Shown: piece after piece, positions 1 to 11,413 of the stretch
Numbering within the stretch: position 1 is the stretch's first letter
Layout of the letters: each line of letters opens with the position of its first letter
Origin: Dipteris shenzhenensis
Lineage: Eukaryota
Length of the DNA stretch: 64,000 nucleotides
Strand: one strand, 5' to 3'
Assembly (NCBI GenBank): GCA_047967505.1
Contig: CM106538.1
The notes under the pieces: generated by a model
Database searches by the model: none
Seen by the model: the letters and a program-made list of their open reading frames with translations, nothing else
Told to the model about the DNA's origin: nothing
Program-made: the position numbers and the translations under genes

Positions 1-166
1 CTGCCATCATTATCACTACTCGGCTCTGGGATAGCCAGAAGTCCAGGAGGGCCAAACTGAGCGTGGCTTTGCTCTAAGAGAACAGCTTCCTTGGAGTTCA
101 AAGGGCCAACAGCAGCAACAGCATCAGGAAACATCATCTCATTATCTCCTCTTTGCTCCCTGGTTC
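1..166 (-). CDS. LFY: LEAFY/FLORICAULA coding exon 2 (partial, continues beyond window start)
   Basis: Acceptor ctctctgcAG|GA at 167/166. The spliced frame reads (G)TREQRGDNEMMFPDAVAAVGPLNSKEAVLLEQSHAQFGPPGLLAIPEPSSDNDG, open to the window edge and resembling the fern LFY linker. Confidence 0.88.
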
Positions 167-529
167 CTGCAGAGAGAGAGCAACTTTTCAGCTGATTTCT
201 CCAATTTCAACTTTATCCAGACTTCATGGAGAGAAACAGGCAACAAACCCATCCCGTTTTAAAAACTAGAGCCTAAGGACTGTCCCTGAACTTGAAAAGC
301 AGTTTAGCAGCAGATGTACACCTACAATGGCCCCTCTTGGCGCCCAAATGCAGATGACACAAGTCGTGCAAGGCAAATGGAATCAATCCCTAAACCTAAA
401 ACGCTTGCCTTCCAACAAATGGAAGTTCAAAGGCGGAAGGAGCAAAAGAACGGCCAAAACAATACGCTTTGATGAAAGAGTTAAATACCAAAACGATTAA
501 ATTGAATGATAGAAAATCGAGTACTGTAC
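167..529 (-). other. LFY: LFY intron 1 (363 nt, GT-AG, phase 1)
   Basis: Donor GAG G|GTACAG at 530/529 and a pyrimidine-rich acceptor ending TGCAG at 167. Splicing keeps the frame (SMEG-TREQ). Confidence 0.85.
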
Positions 530-920
530 CCTCCATAGAAGTTGCAATCTCATCGGGTTGGCGCTTCTTGCCGCTCTTCGAAAGGAGCTGCAGGCGTTGC
601 TGTTCCATCTCCTCGTCCTGTCGCTTCTTCTCGGCTCGGATTGCCGACTTGAACCCGTACTTTTCTCCAACAAGCAGATCGATGTGGTATCCCTCCAGCA
701 TGGTCTTAATCACGTCTTCAATTTCTTGCTCTGTCATGTTCACGAGAGTACTGACGGTGAAACCCATTTCCATTACCTTTGCAATAGTGGTCAATCGCAC
801 CCCATAGTCTTTGAAAAGGTCTTCCAGTGACTTCAACTGCTTGCAATTGGCCAAAGGGAAGGCAACGTCCATAGGCTGGACCTCCTTGCGAGGTAATAGC
901 CTCCGTTCCCACCGGAACAT
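530..920 (-). CDS. LFY: LEAFY/FLORICAULA coding exon 1 (N-terminal SAM domain); first ATG at 920, possible CTG start at 947
   Basis: MFRW...LEDLFKDYGVRLTTIAKVMEMGFTVSTLVNMTEQEIEDVIKTM...LLVGEKYGFKSAIRAEKKR matches the LFY N-terminal SAM domain (LEDLF..YGVR..T..K..E.GFT..TL..M...E; LLVGERYGIKAAVRAERRR). Confidence 0.95.
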
Positions 921-1073
921 GGCCCCGGGAAAGTTTTCCGGATCCAGCTTGATGGTGGTGAGCAGCAACTTCAACGTACAAGAATTGCTGTGCTAAAAAA
1001 GACGAGACGCTCCACTCCGCAGATCAGCGTGTACAGTTGCACCAGTATCCCTGGAGTCCAAGCACCGGTTATC

Positions 1074-1191
1074 CTGGAAAAGCCGTAGCCCAAAGAAGAG
1101 AGCGATTTGGTATGTTGTGTCCAACAGATAAGAGCACCAATGTAGGGTAACTTCAGGAGGGATATCCTAAGTTAGGATAACGTCGTTATAC
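1074..1191 (-). other. Candidate intron in LFY 5' leader
   Basis: Minus-strand donor GAAG|GTATAA at 1192/1191. Acceptor CTCTCTTCTTT...CTTTTTCCAG|G at 1074/1073. Length 118 nt. Confidence 0.5.
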
Positions 1192-1600
1192 CTTCTTCAA
1201 GGCCGTCTGGCATTGTAGACGCTAAAAGACGTGGCGCGAGTAACCATGAAGGGATGAATGGCCGTGCGGACAAGAAAACAAAAAATGGCAGTAATGATGA
1301 TATTTGCAAGCACGGGGCCCAAAAGAAGGTCGAGCACTCGCAAAGACGGGTTTCCACAAAGAGTCCAGGATGTGGAGAGAAATGCCAGAAAGCCCGTGGA
1401 TATGGTGCAAAGCAAGCAAGCGGGCACAATGGGGGTTCCGATGATGACACTGCAGAGAAGAAGCAGCAACGGTTCGACTGCTGCTACTACGAAAGAAGCA
1501 AGCTGATGCTGAAGACTGCTCCGAGCACTAGAAGACTTGGGCGTGACTTGCTGCGGAGCAAGAAATTAGCCAAGTAAAGAAGAAGCAACAATCTTTATGT

Positions 1601-1716
1601 CTGCAGCTAGCTAGCTAGCAAGCATGATTTTGAAGAACACAGACTGGGTGTTTGAGAACGACAACGATGATGATGATGAGGAGGAATGCTAGCTAGCTAA
1701 TAGAGCTGCAAGCTAC
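1601..1716 (-). other. Second candidate intron in LFY 5' leader
   Basis: Donor CAG|GTAGCT at 1717/1716 and acceptor CTGCAG|A at 1601/1600. Length 116 nt. Confidence 0.35.
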
Positions 1717-2209
1717 CTGATGCTAAAGAAGAAGCAAGACGTCTGTGATGGGAAAGTGAACAAGGAGAGGTTTGATGTCCAGTGCCCTGTGGGATTGAGA
1801 AGGGTCTTCTGAATGATGATAAAAGGGGGATGACCCCTTTGAGGCTTCAGTAGTGCTTCAGAAAGGTGATGATCACAGTGATGATGATGTTAGGGGTGTT
1901 TGCAGCAGCAGCCATGAGGGCAGGGGAGAGACATTCCCTTTGGTGAATATATGAGGGGATCTGGGAAACAGCAGCAGCAGCAGCAGCAGCAGAAACTGCT
2001 TGCCCAACAGCCCAAAGGCTCAATATGAGAGAAGGTAGAACTTGGGCAAAACGCTCTGGTTTACAATTTCCTTTTATCGTTGAGGTCCATGGCACAGAGA
2101 GAGACACTCTGAAAAGAGAAAGAAGTGGCCAGCATCAAATGCCAGGATGAGTAAAACAGTGACTGACTTAAATGAGAGAGAGTAACAGGCACGGCAACAT
2201 CAAATGCCT

Positions 2210-2236
2210 CGATGTGAGAGAGAGAGGGGAGAATGT

Positions 2237-2269
<33 letters not shown>

Positions 2270-2799
2270 TTCCCAAAAAAAGAAATGTGGGTGTGTGTAT
2301 CAACCTCATTTTAGATTTATTTATTTAAGTCAACTTATTATTTTTCAAAATAAACAAATAGTTGTGAAAGTGTATGGAACACCCCCCCCCCCCACACTCT
2401 CTCTCTCTCTCATGTACACACGTGTAACATAGGGAGAAGGGGTCTATGGCACCACACATTCATGCGTGCATGCATACACGTGTGTGCGTGTGTGTGGGTG
2501 AGTGAGGGCCAGTGCACACTAGGCTTGAAATGCGCCCTTGGTGCGACATTCAAGCTGCCCTACAATTAGGCGCGTGAACTACATGTCAGGGAGATCTCAC
2601 AGAGCTCAAAGAGCCTTTGTCAAGTCTTTTCAGAGTTTGCAAAGTAGGGTGCAGAGCAAGATGATTGGCTGAAGCGAGAGTGGTGCACTGGTGCGATTTT
2701 CAGCACCTTCAAACTCAAGTTGCGATTTTGTGTACTGGAGGCGCTTTGTTTTTTACTTTATCCGTGCTCAGTCGCGCATTTTCTAGCGCGTGTGCTGGC

Positions 2800-2832
<33 letters not shown>
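2210..2832 (-). promoter_or_regulatory. Putative LFY promoter/TSS region with (GA/CT)n and (GT/CA)n tracts
   Basis: GA/GT microsatellites at ~2215-2268, 2395-2410 and 2802-2832 upstream of LFY. GAGA tracts are known BBR/BPC-type sites in plants. The TSS cannot be determined from sequence. Confidence 0.35.
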
Positions 2833-2834
<2 letters not shown>

Positions 2835-4139
2835 CAAACTTATTATGCTCACATGCACTAGGGATGGTACAATTGGACTAGGGACTACAAATGAGCATCC
2901 ATTGGAGTAGTAAGTCTTGGCACTCGCATGCTGTAATAGTAGTAGGGAGCCTCACACAACAATCCTCAACAAAAGTCCTTGCACTTCAAATAGAATTCTT
3001 GGAAGGTTTTGAATGGTGGTTGGCTAACACACTTTTCATTGGCTAAACTTATGTGTTACACTCTGAGCACAAATATACAACTTCAAATGTAGAGCTGCAA
3101 TTCGGTGCACTCACTTCTCTTAGATTAGTCTCAATATGACTATGTGAACAACTAGACATACTTCTCAAGGATAGCTTGTGCATTGGCTTTGAGAGTTATT
3201 GTACATGCACGTGACACTGTGCAATTGAGGAGTTGTATGCTTGGTCATGCTGGCCATCAAAATCCCTTAAAACTTTAGCCCTATTATATGTAGATGTACT
3301 TTGTTTTACATGGAGTCTCAATACTATGAATAGATACAAATAGCACATAACAAGCCTTCAAAAGTGTCAAGGGATTGGTTTGCCCAAACAGGTCACGTTT
3401 ACACCTAAACTACATATTGTCTTGGAGCACCTAGACTATATCGAAGGTTGATGAGGAAAGGGCTTGAAGAGAGGCTATTGGTAAATGGATTTTGAAGGTG
3501 CCACTTTCATGACAATCTCGCTATACTTCACTCAATTAATTGTGCTTGGCCTTAACAATCCTCAATTCCAACTAAGTTCACAAAATGGCCTTCTAGGCAG
3601 AGCCTTCATTGTCACATTTGATGCTCTCTCTAATCTCAAATTTTAGACCACTCTAACTTCCAAATTTGATGCCCCTGTCACAAATTCTCAACGACACCTA
3701 ACCTAGTTTGCATAATCATTGCCAATCTATTACATATTGTCACATGAGACGCGACCAAGAAAAATTTGTTTAAATTACTAGCTTCTTTGCATGGCAATGC
3801 AAAAACAACAACATGCCATAACTGTGCTTTGATTAGATGTTACATAGAAAAGGCTCTTGACAAATCCTCAAGAGGTAGAGCTATTGCTTAGCAGAACCGT
3901 TTTTTCTAGTTGGCAAATTCATTTCCAACCATCTAACAACCATTCACAGCTCCGCATCTTATCCCTAATTTTGTAAACAAAAATCCCATGACAGTTGCAA
4001 GTGGCTACAGCATCTTGAATAACAGCTAGGAGAGAGGGACGACTATTCGATTAAGGTTTACATTTTCATGTGTTTGATTAAGCTTATAAGCTTGATTTAT
4101 AGCCGCTGAAGGGAGAGAGAGTCGTAAGGTGACGTTGGG

Positions 4140-4174
4140 AGAGAGAGAGGCAGAAGATGACTCTGAGAGAGGGG

Positions 4175-4223
<49 letters not shown>

Positions 4224-4320
4224 GGGGGGGGAGGGAGGGAAGGAGGGGCAGGTAGTCGGGTTAGAGGCGCAAGATGAAGGGAGAGAGAGGGAGGGAATGC
4301 AAAGAGAGAGGGAGAGAACC
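4140..4320. repeat. (GA)n microsatellite plus poly-G/purine tract
   Basis: (GA)n at ~4177-4212 followed by a G run at 4213-4231. Confidence 0.9.
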
Positions 4321-6339
4321 AGGCTTTAATAGACAGTGAGGAGAGAAGCTAGAGACTTCCAGAAGCCGCCTTAATGGGAACGTTAAACTTAGCTTATTCC
4401 CCCCCCCCCCCTCCCCCTTGACTTTTACTAATCCATGAATAAAAGTCATCATGGGGGCCTATAGGCAATTATTAGGAATTGGGCTCCCTGTTGTTCATAT
4501 AGGCAATTATTAGGAGTTGGGATTTTTGAGCTACCATGGATACAATTACTTCTATGATTGCCCTTAATCTACAAGCATTGAGCCACCTAGCAGAGCTTCT
4601 TGGATGAGCAACAAACTTCCATGGAGCGTAGGAGTTGTGATCGTGGAGAGAAATTATCAAATCGTGTGTGTGTGTGCGCCCGCGCTTGTGCACTGGTCTT
4701 TAAATTTGTTTGGTTTGTCTCAATGAGCATTTTCATCACTCCCCTTGTCCCTACTTGAGACCTTGGTGGGTTTTGGATAGCCATAGGGATAGTGCGAGTT
4801 TCATTATTCCTCCTTATGGGTGATGATTAGTGATGATTTGAGGAAGCTCAAAAGTCCACGGTTCCCTAGGCTAGCACCACAAATTCCCAACATCCTCCTT
4901 ATATAGGTAGTCCTAACAATTCCCTTGATGTTACAAGCTTCAAGGTTCACCTCGCTTGGCCTGTCCCATCATGTACTTCCCCTGCCTCCACTATTTCCGT
5001 GCTCTGTACCCCTTCGGCCTTCCTGCCAACTGCCTAGTGCCTCTACCTTCATTCTGAATTTCTGACTCTGAGTCTCCACTCTTGAGTCTTTGAGTCTTGC
5101 CCATTCGTATCACCTCCAAGAGGATAAGAACTCGGTTATATATTTTCTCAGCATTTGTTTTTGTTAGTTTTTTGTGTGGTGTTGGCAACCTGCAGCCTTC
5201 TTCCATTTGAGCTCGTCGTAGTACTACCAAATATACAGCTAAATAACTGGACAGAAGCCACATCGTCGTCCAAAGAGTCCGGACCCATGCAGTATCTTGA
5301 GGAGTGTTTTGTGTCGTCTACTTCCTGATTTCCGCCTCCTCTCTCTTTCTCTCTCTCTCTCTCTCTCTTTCATCAGACTCTTTCTTCCTGACTTGTGCTA
5401 CGAGTCACGAGACACGACTTCGAAATTACTCGTCGTCATCTCTCTCTCTCTTTCTCTCAGAGTCTCATACACAGCTCGCAATAAAAGCTAGTCAATATTA
5501 ACGTTCGGAGGGAGATAGCTTCTCTTATTGTACTATTCTCTTTAGACTCTTCTCGTAAGCAAAAATAACTCTCGCCATGCTAACAAGAAATGATTTGCTA
5601 GCACATTGCAGTGGCATTGCACTTTCGAACGTGTGAATAACAGGTACTAGCTAGCATTGCATTCCCACCTAAAATGAAAGGAAATGATTTACCACGAGCA
5701 CCACTCCAGTTGGGCTCGAAGCAACGCCGAGAACAGCTAGATCAAGTTCGAATCAACGACATGCACAGCACATAAACTATTCGAGTTTCTTTTCAATATC
5801 ATCACGACAAGTCACTACACAGGCTCTCCCAGCGTCCCCATCCAGTGCCGACACTATCACCAGTACATCCACACATCCATAAAACAATTGAAAACCTCTC
5901 ACGAAAAGCACGCTTTAGCGCCCGCTGCTCACATAGCCCCCTCAGTACCGACGGCACAAGGACGTGATGTAAAAGCCTGAAACCCCAGCACACGCCATTG
6001 CCTGCAAGGCTAAAAAGCAACACTGCTTCCGGGACAGGACTGGATCAGGATTTACTATGCTCTCGTGAACGGTGCCTTTCGGTTCGTTTCAATTGCATTC
6101 TTGTTTCGCTTTTCGGTAAGCAAAACTCCAAGAACACATCGCTTGAGACTGCCGGCTCCAACGTCGCAAAACCATTTTAACTGGGTATTCTCAAAATTAT
6201 AACAATTGAGAAGTGTGGCGTGGGTGTGTTCCAAAAAAAACAAGATGAACATGGTTCAATTTGCCTGCCGTTTGGCATTTAATTGGCATGGATGTGTGTG
6301 TTTTTTCCGGACATTAGTTTTTAGTTGTTAGTTGTGTGC

Positions 6340-7053
6340 TTAGTTCAAAGAACAGAAAACTAGAGAGTGGTCTTACCAGTACACAAAATATGTTCCGTGT
6401 GAAGTGTTGTTTGTGGTGAGCTTTTCCATATGTGGTCAATAGTACTTCCATATATCGTAGTCGGCATTGTTATTTGTTGTTCCATGTTGATGGTTTGCAT
6501 GTATTGGAGAAGGCTTCGCTTGTTTTGACTATTTGTCTTCAATGTTAAAATCTCCCACAATGTATTTTTCTTGGTTTGGATGGATATTAGCTTGTATTTC
6601 TTGTAGGATTGTTTTGAGTGCGTCCGTTTTCACCTTCGACGCCTTGTACACGTTCACAATGGCTATTGTCCTCTCTTTTGGCAGGTCTAGAATTGTGAGC
6701 AAGGAGTTGCAATTGTCCCTAAAAATGTTTTGAGAGTGCTTTATGTCGACATCGTCTTTGAAGTATGTGGCCAAGCCGGAGCCTTGGGTAGTTGCAACAT
6801 GCCGGAATCTGCGCACGCTGATGTCCGTGCTCTCCTTTGCATGAGTTTCTTGGAGGCAAAGAATTGTTGCATTCGCTATGGCTTGGCTTTGCACAATGTC
6901 TTCTCTGTGGCTTGTGTTAGACCTCGTGTTTAGGCTTTGTAGCATTCTGTAGGTTTGTTTTGTATTCTCGAGGCTTTCGCGTTTGAAAGCCCAGAGCCGC
7001 TTTGTTTGTAGGCCTTGGATCTCTTGGAATACTGTTTTGTCTATGTTGATCAA
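6340..7053 (-). pseudogene. Apurinic-type (EEP) endonuclease domain of the Helentron
   Basis: Motifs SLNTRS, ILCLQET, GSGLATY, IVNVY, IVGDFN, STIDHIW and YW*DH (SDH) appear in the expected EEP order across frameshifts. Confidence 0.85.
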
Positions 7054-7362
7054 CTTTTTCTAGTAGGTACAACCCACAGGGGTCGCGCACTCATGATAGT
7101 GCTGTGTAAACAAGCCCGTGCGATCTGATTTTGGTCAGGTCAAATGCGATGGAGTCCATCGTGAGCGGTGGATTGTTCTGGTTGCTGCTGGTTGTATTGG
7201 GAACTGTGTCCTTATTGTTGTGTTTAGGTGGTTGTGTCCTATTTGGAATTCTTTTGCTATTTTCATGACTAGGGTCTAGTCAGGCATGGTTTGGTGGGTG
7301 CGTATGTGCTTGTTTTTTGCACGTGTTTGCTCTCCTATTTTCTTGTCCCCAAACTGTACATT
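7054..7362 (-). pseudogene. C-terminal part of Helentron PIF1-like helicase (motifs V-VI)
   Basis: Manual translation gives VQFGDKKIGEQTR...RTQFPIQPAATRTIHR../LTMDSIAFDL...HGLVYTALS*VR...GLYLL, directly abutting the endonuclease. Confidence 0.8.
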
Positions 7363-7364
7363 CA

Positions 7365-10300
7365 GAGTTGGAACTTCAGAGCAAACAAGTTTTGTTCCAA
7401 AGTTCAATAAATTTCCCAATTTTAAAAGAAAGGGGCACTTTAAGAAGGAGGTTCCTCAAGCACCACCTAAGAAACCTCAAACACAAAATTATCCTCTCTT
7501 GAAGAAAGAGGATTATGAAAGGGCCAGGCAAGAAAATCTTTGCTTCAAATGTTTGGGCAAAGACCATGCTGCTTGGAACTCCCCTAAAAATAAACCAGCG
7601 GGAGCTAAAGCCCCAAATAGACCTCCACAAAGACAAGTACATGCGGAGTACATGCGGTGCAAGTGTTGATGCTTAATGGTATTGAAAAGTACACTGAGGT
7701 AGAGGTCTATCATGAGGATAACACCCACATGTGCTGTCTATCATCGGCAATGTGGCAACCCACCTTTGGTCCTCATGATTTAATGAGGATGCATGGAAAA
7801 ATTAAAAGGGAAAGAGTAAGAGTGATGGTCGATGATAGTGCAACACATAATTTCTTAAACTACTTGTTAGTTAAGGAATTAAAATTGCCTGAGAGTCCCA
7901 GTACCCATAAATATGTGGTCTCTTTGGTGAAGGGCAGTGATAAAAAGTTTGAGACACCATGATATATGGTATAGAGGTGGATATTCAAGGCTATCATGAT
8001 GCCTTGGATTTCCAAATCATGCATCTCGACTAACAGATGTAGTGCTTGGTCAAGAATGGCTGTATAGTCTTGGGCATAGCTTACAGAGGAGTTATCTTAA
8101 TAACTCCATTATGTTTGAAAAAGAGGGTAGAGTCTTTCATATTCAAGGAGAACATGATGTGCCTAACTCTCCTCTTATTTGTTCGATGGAATTGGAATGA
8201 CTACTACACCAAGAAGAATGCGAGGTATATCTTTGTGAACTTACTTTTATTGGTGATTTTATGTCTTCTGCATCGGAAAGAAGTAATGTTGTTTTTGATA
8301 ATGTTAAAAAGTATAAATCTTCTTTCAATGATTTAATGTTTGAATTTAAAGATGTTTTACCTCTTGAGAGAGAAGTAGATCATAAAATAGATTTAATTCA
8401 TGGATCTACCCCTGTTTGTAAACCCCCATATAGGCTTAGTCAAACAGAGGAATGTGAGGTCGAAAGACAGTTAACGGAATATCTTAGGAAGGGACAAATC
8501 CAAACAAGTAGCTCACCTTGGTCTGCACCAGTTTTACTGGTAAAGAAAAAGGATGGTACTATGCGTTTATGCATAGATTACCGAGCACTAAATAAAATCA
8601 CCATAAAAAATAAGTATCCTATGCCTCGCATTGATGAGCTCTTTGATCAATTGCAAGGGGCAAAATACTTTACTAAAATTGATTTAAGATCAAGATATCA
8701 CCAAGTACGAATTAGGGAAGAGGATGTCCCTAAGACATCATTTTGTACTAGCTATGGGCATTATCAATTTAAAGTAATGCCATTTGGATTAACAAATGCT
8801 CCAGCAACTTTCATGACACTTACGAATAGTGTCTTAAGGCCATATCTAGGAAAATTTACTGTAGTATTTTTAGACAATATCTTTATTTATAGTAAAACCA
8901 GAAAAAAGCATTTGGAACATTTGCGGAAAGTGTTCGAGCTGCTTAGGGATAATTCACTCTTTGCTAAAGAATCCAAATGTGAATTCTTTGTAAAAGAAGT
9001 GAAATACTTGGGACATATAATATCTCAAGAAGGGGTTCGTATGGACCCTGATAAAGTAAGGGCCATATTGGAATCGCCACATCCTACAAATCTAGAAGAA
9101 TTACATATATTCTTAGGTTTGTCAGGATTCTATAGGAGATTCATCCAAGATTACGCTAGGATTGCTGTTCCGATGATGGGCTAGCTTAAGGGGAAGGGAA
9201 GCACCTTCATATGGGATGAACCTCAAAAGAGAAGTTTTGAAAAATTAAAGGTAGCTATAGTGGCAGCTCTTGTCTTAAAAGTAGTGGATCCCAATGAACC
9301 ATTCGTGGTTGGGACACATGCTAGTGATTTTGTTGTTGGGGCGGTACTTATACATAAAGGTCAACCAATGGCTTTTGAAAGCAAAAAGATCATGCCTAAC
9401 GGAATTACTCGGCATATGAGAAGGAACTATATGCTATAGTTTATACTTTAAAGAAAAGGAGGCACTACTTATATGGTGCAAAATTTGAGATCATCTTTGA
9501 TCAGGAGAGCATTAACTGGATTTGTAATCAGCTAGAGCTTAAAGGTAGAAAAGCTAGATGGGCTAAGTTAATGCAAGAGTTTGATATATAATTGACGTAT
9601 AGGAAACGAAAGTTCAATGTGGTAGCAGACTCTCTTAGCCAAATGCCAATTGTTAATAAATTGAGTTTTATTCAATTTCAGAATGATTTCCTAGAGTCCT
9701 TAAAGGGGAAATGTGAGTTTGATCCTCACTTCTCTGAAATATGGAAAGCAATTAAAAATAGGGATCCAACTAATCGAGAGGCTTTCAGTAGAGTGTGTGT
9801 CCCAGATGATAATGACATTAGGCAACAAATCCTTTTTGAATGTCATGATAGTCCGAGTGCTGGAAACTCGGGAATTCAGAAGACATATGTGTTTCTTAAA
9901 AGACAATTCTTTTGGCCTGGAATAGGTAAGGATGTCCAAGATTATGTATTGAAGTACCAAAAATGCCAGATCAATAAGGCTGAATGCCTTAAGATAAGAG
10001 GTCTCCTACACCCATTGGAGATTCCATTTGGCAAATGGGAAAGCATCTTCATGGATTACATAGTAGGATTACCTAGGACACAGAGGGGGCACAACTCTGT
10101 GTGGGTAATTGTGGATCGGTTGACCAAGATGGCTCATTTTATTCCTGTCAGTGAAGATGTTAAAACCCCAGAATTAGCCAGGCTATTTGTGGAGTATATC
10201 TATAGACTGTATGGGCTACCAGCCGATATTGTTAGCGATCGGGACAGCAAATTTAACAGCCATTTTTGGAGGGCTGTGTTTAAGAGGTTGGAAACTTCAT

Positions 10301-11413
10301 TAAATATGAGCACCGCGGATCATCCACAGAGTGATGGTCAAACTGAAAGGGTCAATCAGATCATTGAGGATATGCTTTGATCATATGTAAGTAAACGGCA
10401 AACTAATTAGGAACAGTATCTGCCCATATTAGAATTTGCATATAACAGTGCCAAACATTCAGCTTCAGGTTTTAGTCATTCATGATGATGTATGGATTTC
10501 AACCAAGAGCCCCAATGACAGTGGGACTCGAAAAAAAGAATGTTCAAGCGGCCAAAGACTTTCTTGAATCTATGAATCAAACGCTTAACTTAGCTAAAGA
10601 TAGCATATGAAGAGCTTAAGATAGAGCACGAAGTTATGCAGACCCCCATCGTAGAAAGTTGGAGTTTGAAGTAAATGATGAAGTCTACCTTAAGGTACCC
10701 GAATCTTTAGAATCTCTAAAGACAGGTAAATGTCCGAAGTTGTCTCCTAGGTATTGTGGACCATTCACAATTCTTAAGAGGATTGGAAACTTGCTTACAA
10801 GTTAGCCTTACCTGAGGGATGTAGAGTACATCCAATTTTTCATGTTAGTAGGCTAAAAAGAAAATTAGGAGGTGATGATAACCTCATTGGAAATGAAGTC
10901 CTAGTTGAACTCATTGAACCAGCATCTTTACCACATGAATCAGAAAGAATTTTAAATAGACAAGAAAAAAGAACACGACACACCATATGGCAAGAATGTC
11001 TGGTTAAGTGGAAAGATAGATCTGAAGAGAGTTCAACATGGGAAAGGGTAAGTAGTCTCCAGAGGAGGTTCCCAATTTTGTTTTCAAGGACGTAAACCAT
11101 TCTTAAGGGGAAGGGAATGTTACGTCAGCCATAATCTCGGAATCGTCTGGTGTGGTTATGTTGAAGTGGGAAACCCGAGGGCTCGACACTGCTTGCATCA
11201 ATACGGAGTGCATAAGTAAGGCCTAAATGGTCATAGAGACTCTAAGGTCCAAATGGACACATGCCACTCAAGAGAACACCATGTGGCATGCACTGGGCTA
11301 GGAGGGAGGATTCCAGAAGGAGCTTGAAGAAAGGCAAGTTCATGTGACCAAAAGGGGAATCCGTGGCCAGGTGGAATGTACTGAGCTGAGCCCTTCTTTC
11401 AGGTGTCGCAACA
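7365..11413 (+). mobile_element. 5'-truncated Ty3/gypsy chromovirus-type LTR retrotransposon (gag end-PR-RT-RH-INT-chromodomain-3'LTR)
   Basis: Zinc knuckle remnant LCFKCLGKDH, protease VMVDDSATHNF, RT 8261-9184 ([26 protein letters not shown]), RNase H, integrase 9592-10380 (HPQSDGQTERVN) and chromodomain (ERIL...CLVKWKDRSEESSTWE, ~10935-11080). Several stop codons. Confidence 0.93.
11118..11413 (+). repeat. 3' LTR of the gypsy element (~296 bp), preceded by PPT
   Basis: PPT AAGGGGAAGGGAA at 11105-11117, then TGTTAC...GCAACA. Helentron helicase sequence resumes at 11414. Confidence 0.75.

Noticed and set aside
396-529. C-terminal part of the 192-aa ORF (TVLDFLSFNLIVLVF...) as a transmembrane tail of LFY
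   Set aside because: It is read-through into intron 1. Splicing at 530/166 restores the conserved LFY sequence.
2899-2905. CCATTGG as an LFY autoregulatory binding site
   Set aside because: A 7-bp core occurs frequently by chance and has no supporting context.
4129-4329. ER-repeat/Gly-rich ORF, and similar ERERER/LSLSLS ORFs at 21.4-22.3 kb, 27.7 kb and 38.4 kb
   Set aside because: These are translations of (GA)n/(CT)n microsatellites, not genes.
5500-6340. Helentron 3' terminus (hairpin/subterminal inverted repeat)
   Set aside because: Only weak short palindromes (e.g. ~5607-5621, ~6188-6212) and no matching 5' end, so no terminus can be called.
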